In this document: positions 61,265 through 64,000 of the stretch, in pieces | How the letters are laid out: the number at the start of each line of letters is the position of its first letter | Numbering within the stretch: the stretch's first letter is position 1 | Origin: Aureliella sp. | Lineage (GTDB): Bacteria > Planctomycetota > Planctomycetia > Pirellulales > Pirellulaceae | Length of the DNA stretch: 64,000 bases | Reading direction: 5' to 3' | NCBI GenBank assembly: GCA_963691875.1 | Contig: OY829846.1 | Span: 1,248,001 to 1,312,000 of the forward strand | The notes under the pieces: model-generated | Seen by the model: the letters and a program-made list of their open reading frames with translations, nothing else | Told to the model about the DNA's origin: nothing | Database searches by the model: none | Made by a program: the position numbers and the translations under genes

Positions 61265-62845
61265 ATGAGCGATTCGCAACAGGCACCCGCACTGCCTGAA
61301 ATCAACGATACTTGGTTCTTCGGCCACCCCAAGGGCTTAGCAGTGCTGTTCTTTGCCGAGATGTGGGAACGATTCTCCTACTATGGCATGCGGGCCTTGC
61401 TCATCTTTTACTTGACCAAACACTGGCTATTTTCGGACAAAGAAGGCGGCATTATCTACGGTGCCTACACTTCCTTGGTATACATCACACCGGTCCTCGG
61501 TGGTTACTTAGCCGACAAATACATCGGCCAAAGAAAAGCGGTGATGTTCGGAGCGGTACTGCTCACCTTAGGTCACCTCTTTATGGCAGTAGAGGGACCG
61601 GGCGGACAGGATACTTGGCACATCAACGTTTTCTGGTTGGCTCTGGCGTTCATCATTGTTGGCTCCGGATTCTTGAAAGCCAACATTTCTGTTATCGTCG
61701 GTCAGCTTTACCCGCGGACAGATGTGAGGCGTGACGGTGCCTACACGATCTTCTACATGGGTATCAACCTAGGTGCAGCACTTGGTTCCATCCTATGCGG
61801 ATACATTGGTGAGAAAGTGGGCTGGAGCTACGGCTTCGGACTCGCCGGGATAGGCATGTTGCTGGGGCTGATCGTGTTCATTATGGGCAAGCCCTTATTG
61901 CATGGGCGTGGCGAATCGCCGGCGCCTGAGAAACTCAAAGAGCAAGTTGGTCCCGTCAATTTTGAATGGTTCCTGTATGGCCTAAGTATTCTGGCTGTCT
62001 TCGTCTGCTGGTGGCTTATCCAGAACCAGCAACTAGTCGGTTATTTGCTCGGAATCTGTGGGCTCGCACTCGTTGCTTATGTGATTCTTACAGCGGTGAT
62101 TTCCCTGGAAGCACACGATCGAGATCGCATCTTTGCTGCTCTTTTCCTGATCTTTGGGTCGATCCTATTTTGGGCACTTTTCGAACAAGCGGGATCGTCG
62201 CTCAACTTACTAACCGACCGGATGGTAGATCGAAACATATTTGGTTTCGATGTGGCGGCCTCAGTATTCCAGTCAATCAACGCGATTTACATCGTCCTCT
62301 TTGCACCTGTGCTCGCCTTTCTTTGGGTGCGCCTTGGACGAATGGGGCTTGAACCCTCCGCTTCCGCCAAGTTTGGTCTGGGAATGATTCAGCTGGGTGC
62401 TGGATTCTTAGTGTTAGTATTTGGTGCTACGCAAGCCGGGTTGGGCGAGTTGACTCCCGTGATCTATATCTTTTTGATCTACCTGCTACATACCCTTGGT
62501 GAACTGTGCCTTTCACCTGTAGGCCTAAGTGCGATGAATCGCCTTTCCCCAGCGAACTTGGCGTCTGTCATCATGGGAACCTGGTTCTTTGCGTCCGCTG
62601 CAGGAAACTATGCAGCTGGCCTAATCGCGAGTGCGACAGGCTCGGGTAGCCTTGAAGGCGGCTCAGAGGAAATGGTTCCAGGTAGCCAAGAAGCCATCGA
62701 CTACATGACAACCGTTTCGAACGTCTACACTACGATCGGATGGGTAGCAATTGCGGCTGGCGTTGCTTTCATCGTGATTTCACCCGGCGTAAAGTGGCTG
62801 ATGCACCTTGATACGTTGCAGGACGCAGATGAAGCGGCTGCCTAG
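61265..62845 (+). CDS. POT/PTR-family di/tripeptide:H+ symporter
   Basis: EMWERFSYYG, FYMGINLG, EQAGS, ELCLSPVG. Confidence 0.95.
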   Translation: MSDSQQAPALPEINDTWFFGHPKGLAVLFFAEMWERFSYYGMRALLIFYLTKHWLFSDKEGGIIYGAYTSLVYITPVLGGYLADKYIGQRKAVMFGAVLLTLGHLFMAVEGPGGQDTWHINVFWLALAFIIVGSGFLKANISVIVGQLYPRTDVRRDGAYTIFYMGINLGAALGSILCGYIGEKVGWSYGFGLAGIGMLLGLIVFIMGKPLLHGRGESPAPEKLKEQVGPVNFEWFLYGLSILAVFVCWWLIQNQQLVGYLLGICGLALVAYVILTAVISLEAHDRDRIFAALFLIFGSILFWALFEQAGSSLNLLTDRMVDRNIFGFDVAASVFQSINAIYIVLFAPVLAFLWVRLGRMGLEPSASAKFGLGMIQLGAGFLVLVFGATQAGLGELTPVIYIFLIYLLHTLGELCLSPVGLSAMNRLSPANLASVIMGTWFFASAAGNYAAGLIASATGSGSLEGGSEEMVPGSQEAIDYMTTVSNVYTTIGWVAIAAGVAFIVISPGVKWLMHLDTLQDADEAAA

Positions 62846-62872
62846 TATCGGCATACTTTTTTCGTGAATACT

Positions 62873-62901
62873 ACAGCCTTCCTTTCCCGGAAGGCTGTTT
62901 T
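62873..62901 (+). terminator. Rho-independent terminator
   Basis: ACAGCCTTCC / GGAAGGCTGT stem plus T run. Confidence 0.8.
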
Positions 62902-63062
62902 CGTTTTGGTGGTGCTTAAATCACAAGTGCACCTGAGCGACGGCAGAATCGACGCTCATTGCGACGAGCTTCGACTTCCGCAACAGTCTAATGTGGGCGC
63001 ACTGCGAACCACTTGAATGTCAGCTTGTCTTAATTCATTGGCCTTGCAATCTCGACTTGATC

Positions 63063-63091
63063 TTGCAGATCGCAGCAGCCCTTGGCAAAAT
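63063..63091 (+). promoter_or_regulatory. Putative sigma70 promoter of tRNA-Ser
   Basis: TTGCAG-17 bp-CAAAAT with TG before the -10 element. Confidence 0.5.
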
Positions 63092-63103
63092 ATCCACTTC
63101 GCC

Positions 63104-63185
63104 GGAGGATATCCGAATGGTTAGGAAGCTGATTCGAAATCAGTCGCTGGTCCGCCAGTTGCGGGTTCGAGTCCCGTGTCCTCCG
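63104..63185 (+). tRNA. tRNA-Ser(CGA), atypical
   Basis: Acceptor GGAGGAT/GTCCTCC + G73, anticodon arm GCTGA-TTCGAAA-TCAGT, long variable arm, T arm GCGGG-TTCGAGT-CCCGT; no CCA. Confidence 0.85.
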
Positions 63186-63366
63186 CTCAATAAAAATAAG
63201 GGTGAAACGCACTTTTCAAAGCGCTGCACCCTTTCTTCATTTTAGGCAGTATGACGTGAATTTTCACGTCACGGCATACCGGCCTCAATACCACCAGCGC
63301 TCGCTTCATGCGGCATAACTAGCCAGAGAGCTACGGAATTTGGCAGTGGTCTTGGGTGAGTGACAT

Positions 63367-63666
63367 TCAACGGTAGATTTCGACCGCGATAATCTTGCGT
63401 ATCCTGCCTTCAACAACGACTACATCCCCCGTCCTCAGGTCACGAACTCGCTTTTTGGTTTCGCATTTGATCTTGGGGCGTTGAGTATCTGTACGCCAAA
63501 CCATTAACCGAGGCACGGCTCCTTTGAGGTCTTTGAAGTGGAGCAAGATTGCGTGACAGTTTTCGATTGTCACGTTTGCTGAGCAGTACCGATCCCTAGC
63601 TATGTTGTCACCGTCCATACCTGAATCGTCGGCCAGTCGGGTGACACCTTTGGTCCTGAGAAGCAT
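63367..63666 (-). CDS. Hypothetical protein
   Basis: C-terminal VRDLRTGDVVVVEG..RKIIAVE beta motif; start uncertain. Confidence 0.35.
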   Translation of the reverse strand: MLLRTKGVTRLADDSGMDGDNIARDRYCSANVTIENCHAILLHFKDLKGAVPRLMVWRTDTQRPKIKCETKKRVRDLRTGDVVVVEGRIRKIIAVEIYR

Positions 63667-64000
63667 TTGAAAAAGGCGGCTTGGTTTATTTTGGGTCGCT
63701 TTCCAGCTGCGATCGCTGGCGACATCTCGTCAAACAGAAATCGGAACGATTATCACCCATTCAAAAAAAATGCGAACAACGGATATTTGCCGCAATCTTA
63801 CGCGTGACGCGAAACCCTAGGATGCATCAGTTGGTGTGGACTATGTCCGGTATTGCGTAAAGAGCATCTACATTCTTGGAAGGAAGCGTGAATACACTCC
63901 AGAGATTTAGCGTTTGGGTTGCTCTCTGTATTTCATTTGGCGGCTGCTCCACAGACACTAGGAATAAAAACATACCGGGTGGACAAGCGAGCACTGCGAC

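Noticed and set aside
62991..63245. ORFs 62991-63245 and 63030-63212
   Set aside because: Overlap tRNA-Ser; spurious

Overview
Bacterial chromosomal DNA, almost certainly from a planctomycete (Pirellulales-like). This is inferred from the DUF1559 prepilin-like protein, the DUF1549/DUF1553 (PSCyt) + DUF1501 pair, the ECF sigma-Ser/Thr kinase pair, the BBP7-type barrel and the PEP-CTERM proteins. Most of the window is housekeeping or accessory metabolism: FabZ-ACP-FabZ, NanA-like lyase, SufU + SufS-SufE fusion, a hydroxyproline catabolism operon and a POT transporter. Several genes are decayed or frameshifted. The most notable region is 43.4-54.8 kb. It opens with a minimal type VII-like cluster (WXG100-like proteins carrying W-x-D motifs plus a 1294-aa membrane-anchored FtsK/EssC-like ATPase). 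Next comes a ~5.3-kb decayed prophage/integrative element in tRNA-Leu(GAG) that, unusually, duplicates the 5' half of the tRNA (50-bp direct repeat). The element carries a truncated integrase fused to a nucleotidase fragment and a helically phased TGGTTCCGG repeat array. Homologous 'YxANPTxEN' genes lie before both tRNA copies, which suggests serial integration of related elements. A structurally atypical tRNA-Ser(CGA) lies near the right end. All family calls come from motif recognition by eye; no database searches were run.
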